Assembly: GCA_026390115.1 (NCBI GenBank)
Contig: JAPLGO010000001.1
Coordinates: forward strand, 34,978-98,977
Direction: 5' to 3'
Source of the DNA: Campylobacterales bacterium
GTDB taxonomy: Bacteria; Campylobacterota; Campylobacteria; Campylobacterales; Sulfurimonadaceae
Length of the DNA: 64,000 bases
In this document: positions 9,424 to 18,044 of the stretch, piece by piece
Layout of the letters: the number at the start of each line of letters is the position of its first letter
Numbering within the stretch: the stretch's first letter is position 1
Translations under genes and position numbers: made by a program
The notes under the pieces: generated by a model
What the model saw: the letters and a program-made list of their open reading frames with translations, nothing else
Databases searched by the model: none
What the model was told of the DNA's origin: nothing

Positions 9424-10977
9424 TTAATGAACTGAACATGCAAGGCATGGATCTGTTGATCTTACTATTCTTGCCAACTCAATTGGATTATTCAGGTCTT
9501 TTATCCTTGTACCGATAAGCATTTTTTCAACAACACCTGGGGTTCCTTTTGCGTCTTTTGGCGAAATATTCCATGTTGTGGGAACAATCATGTCATAGTT
9601 TTTAATCAATCCGTTTTCGTCAGTCTCTATCCAGTGTGCCAAAGCTCCTCTTGTCGCCTCGGTCAACCCGAAGCCGACAGCATTCTTCGGAACATCCCTC
9701 TCTACAAAAGCAAGCTCGTTAGGAGCAACTTTTTCTATATCTTCAAGAATCTTATCAATAATGATGCTCGAAGCAATGGCACGGCAGAGATGTCTTCCAA
9801 GAACAGAGTTATACTCTTTAAATGTAAGATTCAACTTAGCGTTAATCGAATCGACAAGCGCATTTAACTTCTTATTTTTACCGCTTTTGTAAGTATTTAT
9901 AACCCTAGCAACCGGACCTACTTCCATAATCTCACCTTTATAACGCGGAGCTTTTGACCAGCTGTATTTTCCATTCTCTTTCTTCTGTTCTTCTTTAAAC
10001 TCATCATAATTTATCGGTGTAAGTTTTGTAGAATCAAGAGGCTTTACATTGGAGTCGGGAGTGCTTTTATAGTAGGAGTATTTGTGATCTTCAAAAATAT
10101 GTTTCAAATCAAGTGCTTCATACTCATCATCTATCGTTGCACCGCCTACAAAAAGGTGATTTTCCCCATTTTCATCTGGCAGATAGGGGTAAGAGAGGTA
10201 GTTTCCATATCCTGCTCCCATTTTAAAGTATTCCGGAAACTCTTTTGCTACAGCGATAATATCATTTATATAACTGTTTTTTATAAAGGTTTTAGCTCTC
10301 ATGACTAAAGATCTGTATTTTGCAAGTTTCTCAACTGTTGGTATCGTGGTAACTCCACCGGCTTCAATTGTAACGGAGTGAGGAGCTTTTGCACCGAAAA
10401 CGGCGACCGCTTTGGTTAAATCAGCCATAACTTTAATGGATTCAAGATAGTTTTTAATCGCAGTGAAATTTGTACTCTCTGATTTTGCATACACCGCTTC
10501 GTATCGCGGCAGGAATGGGGCTGCAGGAAATATTTTATTGCTTTTGAGCTCATTTTGAACCCAACTTTTTACACTAAGTGTACTCTCATCGTCTCCGTTA
10601 TACTTTAAAACGGCAGTTATATCTATAAAATCAAGCGCGCTTAAAACATAAAAATGAAGAAGGTGATCCTGAAGTTGATACGCACCGACAATCATATTTC
10701 TTAGAAGCTGTCCGTTGTGGTTAGGTTTGATTCCCATTGCATTTTCCAGTGCGAGAGAGGCTGCCTCGGCATGAGCATAGGGACAAACTCCGCAGACCCT
10801 CTGTGTTACTTGCTGTGCAACTCTGGCATCATAACCGATAAGTGCCTTTTCTATTCCTCTGAACATCTCTGCAGAGCATTTCGCCTCTGTTACAACCCCG
10901 TCTTCTACTTTTGTCTCAACTTTAAGATGTCCCTCAATTCTTGTAAGCGGATCAATAGTAATTTTTTGTACTGCCAT
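9424..10977 (-). CDS. [NiFe]-hydrogenase large subunit (group 1a-like), no C-terminal extension
   Basis: IDPLTRIEGH, L1 QRVCGVC, L2 DPCLACSVH followed directly by TAA. Confidence 0.93.
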   Translation of the reverse strand: MAVQKITIDPLTRIEGHLKVETKVEDGVVTEAKCSAEMFRGIEKALIGYDARVAQQVTQRVCGVCPYAHAEAASLALENAMGIKPNHNGQLLRNMIVGAYQLQDHLLHFYVLSALDFIDITAVLKYNGDDESTLSVKSWVQNELKSNKIFPAAPFLPRYEAVYAKSESTNFTAIKNYLESIKVMADLTKAVAVFGAKAPHSVTIEAGGVTTIPTVEKLAKYRSLVMRAKTFIKNSYINDIIAVAKEFPEYFKMGAGYGNYLSYPYLPDENGENHLFVGGATIDDEYEALDLKHIFEDHKYSYYKSTPDSNVKPLDSTKLTPINYDEFKEEQKKENGKYSWSKAPRYKGEIMEVGPVARVINTYKSGKNKKLNALVDSINAKLNLTFKEYNSVLGRHLCRAIASSIIIDKILEDIEKVAPNELAFVERDVPKNAVGFGLTEATRGALAHWIETDENGLIKNYDMIVPTTWNISPKDAKGTPGVVEKMLIGTRIKDLNNPIELARIVRSTDPCLACSVH

Positions 10978-11081
10978 TTATAACTCCTTAAAGAGTAAAA
11001 CTAGATTATTCTTTTAAGTGTGTTACTCCTTTGATTATTAAATCTAACATAAAAAAATTATTTCTTTTCTTGAGAGTATTA

Positions 11082-12110
11082 TTACTTATCCAAATAAGTC
11101 TTTTTATATAAATCAGGCAAGAAACATTTTCGGCACATCGGGATTTTGTAGTAATCACCCTTGGCATGTGCATCTCTTATCTCTCTATATTTCGGTGAAT
11201 TCCAGATGTCTATAAGTTTTTGCTCTTTCCAGTTTCCGACGATATACTCATCCGAATCATCCACACAGCAAACCGTAACATTCCCGTTGCATTTTAAGAA
11301 CATTCTCTGAAAGAGCTGCTCGCATGCAAAACCTTCAACCGGCTCATACTCATGTCTTTTATTTGGATTTCTTTCGTTAAATATACCATATCCAAGCGAG
11401 TCAACAAGCCCTTCCCACATCACTTTCATAGCATCAAACTGACGGCGCCATATTGGGTCGTCATACATAACCATGGAGAGGCGGATATGCGTTTTTGGGT
11501 AGAACGTATCGCGAAGTTTTATAAACTCATAAATATTGTCTATGACCACCCCGATGGTCGTTCCGACGCGTTGTTGCGCATAGAGTTTAGGATTGACTGC
11601 ATCAAAAGAGATAAAAAGTTTATCCAGACCTGCTTCAAGGAGTTTGAGTGATAGATCGGGCGTAAGCAGTACGGCATTTGTGTTAAACATCACATCAAGT
11701 ACCCCTTTTTGCTTCGCATATTCCACTTGAAATGCAACATCTTTATGAAGAAGCGGCTCTCCCAGATATTGAAGTTTTATAGCCTTTACGCCATGCTCCA
11801 CCGCTTGGTCGATGATATTCATATAGGCTTCTCTGTCTATGTAACGGCTTTTTGCCACATGATGCTCTTTATCCGCATCCTTCATGGTTCTCGCACACAT
11901 CGGACATTTGAGGTTGCAGAGGTCTGTTGTCTCAATATCTAAGTTAAGAGGAAAGTGGGAGACGAATCTCTCTTTCGGATATTTACTCCAGTTTGCTCTG
12001 TACTCGGCATACTCCTCACCCTTAAAACTCTCCCAATTTTTTGAGAAGACTATTTCATTAGCGTTATAGTTTACCTCTTCCTCTTTTTTTTCTATGTGTT
12101 GTCCTGACAT
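11082..12110 (-). CDS. Radical SAM / SPASM-twitch domain protein
   Basis: CNLKCPMC, GEPLLH, C-terminal CEQ...CCVD...CRKC. Confidence 0.85.
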   Translation of the reverse strand: MSGQHIEKKEEEVNYNANEIVFSKNWESFKGEEYAEYRANWSKYPKERFVSHFPLNLDIETTDLCNLKCPMCARTMKDADKEHHVAKSRYIDREAYMNIIDQAVEHGVKAIKLQYLGEPLLHKDVAFQVEYAKQKGVLDVMFNTNAVLLTPDLSLKLLEAGLDKLFISFDAVNPKLYAQQRVGTTIGVVIDNIYEFIKLRDTFYPKTHIRLSMVMYDDPIWRRQFDAMKVMWEGLVDSLGYGIFNERNPNKRHEYEPVEGFACEQLFQRMFLKCNGNVTVCCVDDSDEYIVGNWKEQKLIDIWNSPKYREIRDAHAKGDYYKIPMCRKCFLPDLYKKTYLDK

Positions 12111-12812
12111 CTATAAATCCTTTTGTTTTAAAAGTGCTTCAGCTATTATAAAATCTAACTTTGTATCTATATCGGCAGAATGCTCTTGGCTCATAACATA
12201 AGCGTAAATATCCTGCTTTATGAAAAAACTCTTCTTCTCTATGACAGAATCTATCTTTGACATGTAAAAAGCGCCGTTTATTCTGTAGTAAACCGGTAAA
12301 TCCTGAGAGCGGAAATTGTTGTATTTATCGTCCAAAAAGTTATCCATGCTTAAGCTCTCATCCAGCGTGTTACTCCAGAGCGGAGAGTGTTCTACCTCGC
12401 AAACACCTATGACCGATGTCGCATTTTTGGCGTAAAAGAACTCAATAGCCCCGTCAATGTCATCCACATCTCTCAGCGGCGAAGTGGGCTGAAAGATAAT
12501 CACATCATCAAACTTTTCATCTTTATAAAAATCAAGTGCATGAAGGATTACATCTATGGATTTTGTCTCATCCTGTGCCAGTTCCGCAGGCCGCAAAAAC
12601 GGCAGTTCTGCGCCATGTTTTAAAGCCACATCATAAATCTCCAAAGAGTCGGTCGTAACCATTACGGTGTCTATGTATTTGGACTTCTTCGCCTCGTCGA
12701 TGCTCCATGCAATCAGAGGCTTTCCGCCGAGAGGAAGTATATTTTTATTAGGCAATCTTTTGCTACCGCCGCGAGCCAAAATAATCGCTAAAATTTTTTT
12801 GCCGTTAAACAT
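12111..12812 (-). CDS. neuA: CMP-nonulosonic acid synthetase (acylneuraminate cytidylyltransferase)
   Basis: ILARGGSKRLPNKN, FQPTSPLR, DIDT motifs. Confidence 0.9.
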   Translation of the reverse strand: MFNGKKILAIILARGGSKRLPNKNILPLGGKPLIAWSIDEAKKSKYIDTVMVTTDSLEIYDVALKHGAELPFLRPAELAQDETKSIDVILHALDFYKDEKFDDVIIFQPTSPLRDVDDIDGAIEFFYAKNATSVIGVCEVEHSPLWSNTLDESLSMDNFLDDKYNNFRSQDLPVYYRINGAFYMSKIDSVIEKKSFFIKQDIYAYVMSQEHSADIDTKLDFIIAEALLKQKDL

Positions 12813-13648
12813 TAATCTTCTCCATATAATAGGCAGTTTTTGCAGAGATGGTTATCAGGAAATTCACTCTTTGCATGCATCTCTCTAACAGCTGCAAACT
12901 CTTTGGAATTATAAATATCTAAAAAATCATGCTTTATCAAAGAACCGAAATTTATCGAATCAAAATAATCCTTGCAGCATAGCCCTAGCGTTCCGTCTGA
13001 ATTGATGTAGAGTTCATCAAAAGGAATTTTACATTTTTTTGTTACCGCTTTTTGGGAAGTTACTTCAAACTTAGGAGTATATCCCAAAGCGTAAACGGAG
13101 ACGCCGTTTACAAGTGCGAAGTTTGCACCGAAAATTGCTTCGAACTGTTTTATCAAAATCTCTTTGTCGATGTCAATGACGGAAGAGATAAAAATTCTTA
13201 AGTTTGGATATTTCTCAGATTTGAGCTGCAATAAATCTTTGAAATTTTGTATGACAATATCAAAATCATCTACCAAATGAACGCTTTTATAGGTTAATGC
13301 ATCGAGAGCATTGATAGAAAATTTGATGCTGTCAATTCCTGCTTCTAAGAGTTCTATTGCCTTCTTTTTGGTAAGCAGCGCACCGTTCGTACTAAAATAT
13401 ACATAGGGAATATTGAACTCTTTTTTGGATGATTCTACAATCTTAGCAAACTCTCTATTTACAAGCACTTCGCCCTTCGCCGAGAGTCCAAGTTCGGTTA
13501 TTTCTACATGTCGGGCAACATTCGTCATAACTTTTTTAAAATCTTCTAAAGTCGTCTGCTCTTTTATGGTTCGGGGATCTGAGTTTGAACAGAATGTACA
13601 CTTGTGATTGCAAAATGTACAGATGTCAAAATTTACTTTTTTTTTCAC
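12812..13648 (-). CDS. Radical SAM / SPASM-twitch domain protein
   Basis: CNHKCTFC near the N-terminus; C-terminal CKIP...CCKD...CKNC; GTG start. Confidence 0.8.
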   Translation of the reverse strand: MKKKVNFDICTFCNHKCTFCSNSDPRTIKEQTTLEDFKKVMTNVARHVEITELGLSAKGEVLVNREFAKIVESSKKEFNIPYVYFSTNGALLTKKKAIELLEAGIDSIKFSINALDALTYKSVHLVDDFDIVIQNFKDLLQLKSEKYPNLRIFISSVIDIDKEILIKQFEAIFGANFALVNGVSVYALGYTPKFEVTSQKAVTKKCKIPFDELYINSDGTLGLCCKDYFDSINFGSLIKHDFLDIYNSKEFAAVREMHAKSEFPDNHLCKNCLLYGED

Positions 13649-14703
13649 AGAGATTCCTCAAACACGCTTGCATACTCGTCTCTCGCCTGTTTTAGCTCAT
13701 TCATCTGACCGATATCCAGCCAATACTCATGTACAGGAAAAGAGATGGGTGCTTTGTTGCTTTTGATTAAATCATCAAAAAGCATCGGCATGTCATAAAA
13801 AGTGTCATCTTCTATCATCTCTATAACTTCCGGATTTAAGATGTATATGCCGGCATTGACATAAAATCTCTGCATCGGCTTTTCAATAATTGAGGTAATT
13901 CTTCCCTCTTCCTGATTTATCACACCAAATGGAACCTGATACTCATACTCCCGCACCGCCATAGTAGCATGTGAACCGTTCTCTTTATGAAAATTCAAGA
14001 AATGTTCAAAATTAACATTGGTGAGCAGGTCGCCGTTCATAACAAAAAAAGGTTCATCAAACCTGCCTCGCATAAGACTTAACGCCCCCGCTGTTCCCAT
14101 GCGTTTGGTTTCATGAATATATTCTATGTTTACGCCAAACTTCTTGCCGTCGCCAAAATACTCTTTTACAATATCTGCCTTGTAGTTCACACTCAAAATA
14201 ATATCTTTGAATCCATACTGCTTAAAATTATTTATAATAGTCTCTAATATCGGCTTGTTTCCCACTTTAAGCATCGGTTTTGGAGTCTCTTCCGTCAGTG
14301 GTCTCAGACGCGAGCCAAGACCGCCCACCATGAGAACCACCTTGTTGATTTTAGTCTGCGATGCCAGAAGAGTGTCTATATCCTCTATCCCGACAACTTT
14401 GTAGTTAGCATCTAAGACCGGCACATGGTAGATTTTTTTACCTAAAGATTTTGCCAGAATATCCTCTTTAGAATCATTCACGAAGCAGACAATTGGATTG
14501 GTCTGTATGATTTTTTCTATGGAGCTGCTGAGCGTCATGCCGTCAATCAGACCTCTTCTAATATCTCCATCGGTCAATATTCCGACAAGCTTTCCCTCTT
14601 CATCCACGACTACCGCTATTTTCATGGCGCCGTCATCAATTGCTATCATCGCCTCCCGCACTGTTGAGCTGGATTTGAGTCTGATTTTATCTATGCTTTT
14701 CAT
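13645..14703 (-). CDS. CBS-domain nucleotidyltransferase (PtmE-like, legionaminic acid pathway)
   Basis: Tandem CBS (GILTDGDIRRGL), then MVGGLGSRLRPLT..PKPML and WLDIG. Confidence 0.85.
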   Translation of the reverse strand: MKSIDKIRLKSSSTVREAMIAIDDGAMKIAVVVDEEGKLVGILTDGDIRRGLIDGMTLSSSIEKIIQTNPIVCFVNDSKEDILAKSLGKKIYHVPVLDANYKVVGIEDIDTLLASQTKINKVVLMVGGLGSRLRPLTEETPKPMLKVGNKPILETIINNFKQYGFKDIILSVNYKADIVKEYFGDGKKFGVNIEYIHETKRMGTAGALSLMRGRFDEPFFVMNGDLLTNVNFEHFLNFHKENGSHATMAVREYEYQVPFGVINQEEGRITSIIEKPMQRFYVNAGIYILNPEVIEMIEDDTFYDMPMLFDDLIKSNKAPISFPVHEYWLDIGQMNELKQARDEYASVFEESL

Positions 14704-14766
14704 TCAAAACTTCTTTTTCATTTATTGTAGCTAAATCGGATAAAGAGTGATATTTTGTAATTATTT

Positions 14767-14784
14767 AAGGTATGCTTTTTGCTT
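14767..14784 (+). promoter_or_regulatory. Candidate sigma54 promoter for the second maf
   Basis: AAGGTATGCTTTTTGCTT has GG-N10-GC spacing, ~30 nt upstream of GTG 14814. Confidence 0.4.
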
Positions 14785-14813
14785 CAACAGAACAACTAAA
14801 TAGAGGGTATTGC

Positions 14814-16841
14814 GTGGAAAATATTGAGCTAAAAGCTATAGAAACCTATAATAAAAATTTGCTATTTCTAGAAGATATTGACCCAAGGCTATGTGAAAAA
14901 ATTTACGCATTAGCCTATGCCATAGAACAAGGATATTATCAAGAAAAATATTCACTGGAGTACAAAGATGAATATTTTGATGTTTTGGAACCTGCAACCG
15001 GCAACTGGCTATATGGTGCAAACAGTAAAACGCATGCAGAGATGGCAGCCAAAAGTATAAACTATTCAAAAACAGAAAATGTATATGAGACTTTCGCGGA
15101 TGTCAATATAGATGATGTTTATGCCAAAGAACTTGAGGAGATGGATATTTCCCAGAGTAGCTACTCCGGTGCAGCAGGGCTTATAAACTATTCAAACAAG
15201 CATGCGGATAAAGAAAAAACTTCTATGAAAAAGCTTTATAAGTTTATCTTCATAGGTGTCGGTCTTGGTCTACATCTGACTACGATACATGAAAAGCTGA
15301 ACTCTAATATCTATTTTATCGTAGAGGATGATTTGGAGCTTTTTAGACTCTCCCTCTTTGTCACGGATTATCAAGCACTTACACAAAATGGTGCCATGCT
15401 TATTTTTTCTATTTTCGACGAGGAGGATGCTTTTAGAAATGCTACCAACCTCTTCTTAAAAGAGCATTTTATCTACAATCACTACATTAAATTTTTCTAT
15501 CTTCTCAGCCACAAAGAAAAAAAGTTAAGAGCTATTCAGAACATTATCGTGGGGCAGAATTATCTTACTTTCAACTATTCGGCGCTCAGCAATAGTCTTT
15601 TGAGACCGCTTGTACATCTAAAAAACGGCTATAAACTTTTGGATATCAGCGCATCCTACAAGGATAGTATCTTCACAGATAAACCATTTTTACTTTTAGG
15701 TGCCGGACCATCCTTTGGAAAAAATATAAAGTGGCTATGTGAAAATCACCATAAGTTTATAATTGTCGCCGTCACTCCTCTCCTCGCAAAGTTAGAAGAA
15801 TTAAACATCAGACCGGACATCATAACGCATGTACATGGCTTTGCTGATGCATTGCCCCATGTGCAGAAAGTAAAAAACATCTCATTTTTTGATAAAACTA
15901 TCTGCATCTTCGGCGGTTTTACATCTCCTGATTTTATAAAATATTTCAAAAAGGAGAATGTCTTTGTTTTTGAAGGAAGCTCAAGATATAAGCGATGGGA
16001 CACAGGTTTAACCTCCTCAAATATCGGTTCTATCTCTTATGGTCTGCTTCTTATGCTGCAGACAAAAGAAATTTATCTGCTAGGTCTTGATTTTGCTCCC
16101 GACCAAGAGAGTGGCAGTACACATTCATTAACACATAATTATGTTAGAAATATAGAGTTACAGGAAGATGAAACTATCGGAGGCGGGCTTGTTTTTAATA
16201 GTGCTATCGTAAAAACAAAAGGCAATTTTCGAGATGAAGTGTTTACAACTCTTATGTTTAATGACTGGAAAGAGGAGTGTAATGCTGTAGCAAGAAGTTA
16301 CAAAACTGAGAAGAATGAACATGTATATAACCTGAGCGACGGTGCTTATATAGATGAAACTATCGTACTGAAGCCCGATGAAACTCAAATCACATCTTTA
16401 GCTCTTTTAGATAAAGAGAGTGCAAACAGCGAACTCCTCTCTATTTTAAACTCCAAGGCTGAAAATTTTTTAAATCCTGTTGAGCTGCATAATATTAGAC
16501 TAAGAATTAAGTATTGTGACAATATTATAGATATTCTCAACAGACATGCAAACAGCAATCATCAAAATATCAACCAATACCATTACAATCTCTTAGGTGT
16601 ATTTTATAATATTTTAACTGATGAGGGACAGGTTGAGAGCTCCGACATAAACCGTGCTATTACCCTCTATCTGCAATTTGTTTCAGGATTTATATTTGAC
16701 CTTATCAATACAAAAGAGATAGTAAATGAAGAGATACTTATCAAGCATTTAGATAAAGTTATTATTCCTCAGATTATAAGAGTTATAGTATATTTTAAAG
16801 TTAATTTGAAAGATTATTTAAGTTTTGTAGCAGAAAAGTAG
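14814..16841 (+). CDS. maf: Second motility-associated factor (Maf, DUF115)
   Basis: LLLGAGPSFG and GLDFAPD; colinear with 2120-4162. GTG start chosen behind AGAGGG (ORF track start 14772). Confidence 0.8.
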   Translation: MENIELKAIETYNKNLLFLEDIDPRLCEKIYALAYAIEQGYYQEKYSLEYKDEYFDVLEPATGNWLYGANSKTHAEMAAKSINYSKTENVYETFADVNIDDVYAKELEEMDISQSSYSGAAGLINYSNKHADKEKTSMKKLYKFIFIGVGLGLHLTTIHEKLNSNIYFIVEDDLELFRLSLFVTDYQALTQNGAMLIFSIFDEEDAFRNATNLFLKEHFIYNHYIKFFYLLSHKEKKLRAIQNIIVGQNYLTFNYSALSNSLLRPLVHLKNGYKLLDISASYKDSIFTDKPFLLLGAGPSFGKNIKWLCENHHKFIIVAVTPLLAKLEELNIRPDIITHVHGFADALPHVQKVKNISFFDKTICIFGGFTSPDFIKYFKKENVFVFEGSSRYKRWDTGLTSSNIGSISYGLLLMLQTKEIYLLGLDFAPDQESGSTHSLTHNYVRNIELQEDETIGGGLVFNSAIVKTKGNFRDEVFTTLMFNDWKEECNAVARSYKTEKNEHVYNLSDGAYIDETIVLKPDETQITSLALLDKESANSELLSILNSKAENFLNPVELHNIRLRIKYCDNIIDILNRHANSNHQNINQYHYNLLGVFYNILTDEGQVESSDINRAITLYLQFVSGFIFDLINTKEIVNEEILIKHLDKVIIPQIIRVIVYFKVNLKDYLSFVAEK

Positions 16842-16968
16842 ATTGCTTTGCTTTCACCTCTGAAACGAAGGCAGCCATCACCTCCAAACACTATTACAAA
16901 ATGTTTGGTTACGGTTCTCATGGCAAAGAACCGATGTGGGGCAATCTTAGTTATGTAAGAAGTTTATA

Positions 16969-17787
16969 TTATTGGAGCAGCTTGAGAACATTCTGCTGAA
17001 CGGCATTCGCCTGACTCATAGCATAAGAGCCTGATTGTGCAAGAATATTATGTTTTGCAAAGCTTGCACTCTCTTCTGCAAAGTCAACATCCCTGATATT
17101 TGATTCTGCGGCTGAAACATTCACTTGAGTGATTGATATATTTCTCACGGTTGACTCTAGTTGGTTTTGTGCAGCACCCAGTGTTGCTCTTAATCCATCC
17201 ACTGCTTTGAGTGAACTGTCCATCATAGATATAATGGTTGCAGAACTAGCCTGAGTTGAAAAAGTAGCTAATTGATTTGCAAATAAAGATGTAGTTTTCA
17301 TACTACTTACTGTTGTAATAGTAGTATCACCTCTATATGCGCCAACTTGAAATGTATATGTTCCTGTAGTGCTTAAGAGTGGTTTGCCATTGAATTTGGT
17401 TTCAGAAGCAATGTGATTTAACTCACTTTGAAGTCTTATCATCTCTTTGGATATATAACTGCGAGAGCCACTATCTTGGGTATCATTGGCACCTTGAATT
17501 GCAAGAGTACGAATTCTTTGCAAGATATTTCCATACTCCTGCAGCGCTCCATCGGCCGTTTGAATCATACCAATACCATCATTTGCATTTTTTATGGCTT
17601 GACCTAAGCCGTTGGCTTGTGCGGAGAGTTTATTTGCAATTGCCAAACCTGCCGAATCATCAGCCGCTTTATTTATTCTTAGACCTGAGCTTAATGCATT
17701 AAGACTTTTATCCAGTCCGACATTATTCATCGTAGCTTGCATGTGTGCATTCATCGCACCCACATTTGTATTTATTCTAAATCCCAT
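16969..17787 (-). CDS. Short flagellin, sigma54-type (FlaB-like)
   Basis: [43 protein letters not shown]; 272 aa. Confidence 0.95.
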   Translation of the reverse strand: MGFRINTNVGAMNAHMQATMNNVGLDKSLNALSSGLRINKAADDSAGLAIANKLSAQANGLGQAIKNANDGIGMIQTADGALQEYGNILQRIRTLAIQGANDTQDSGSRSYISKEMIRLQSELNHIASETKFNGKPLLSTTGTYTFQVGAYRGDTTITTVSSMKTTSLFANQLATFSTQASSATIISMMDSSLKAVDGLRATLGAAQNQLESTVRNISITQVNVSAAESNIRDVDFAEESASFAKHNILAQSGSYAMSQANAVQQNVLKLLQ

Positions 17788-17822
17788 AACAGATTCCTTA
17801 CGATTGACTATTTGTAAAACTA

Positions 17823-17839
17823 AAGCAAATAGTGTTCCA
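17823..17839 (-). promoter_or_regulatory. Sigma54 promoter of flagellin 16969-17787
   Basis: Minus strand TGGAACACTATTTGCTT: GG-N10-GC, Campylobacterota TGGAAC...TTGCTT type. Confidence 0.8.
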
Positions 17840-17872
17840 GAATTAAAAATGAAGGTTATTTAAAGGAAGGAA

Positions 17873-17899
17873 ATGCCAAAAGAATTTACTCTTTGGCAT
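17873..17899 (-). terminator. Probable intrinsic terminator downstream of the middle flagellin
   Basis: ATGCCAAAAGA-ATTTAC-TCTTTGGCAT stem with one bulge; similar to the hairpin at 18974-19004. Confidence 0.5.
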
Positions 17900-18044
17900 C
17901 TATATTGTATTCTGAGTTAAATTCAGAATTAAGAAACTAAAAAATGTGCTTGCTAATTCGAACCTCTAACGACTGTTATTACTGTAACAATCTTAACACA
18001 TTTTCTAAAGAAACATGCTTGCAACCAAGGCTGCTTTATTTAGA

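Noticed and set aside
9424-9453. Selenocysteine ([NiFeSe]) hydrogenase
   Set aside because: The L2 motif is encoded GAT CCA TGC CTT GCA TGT; there is no in-frame TGA.
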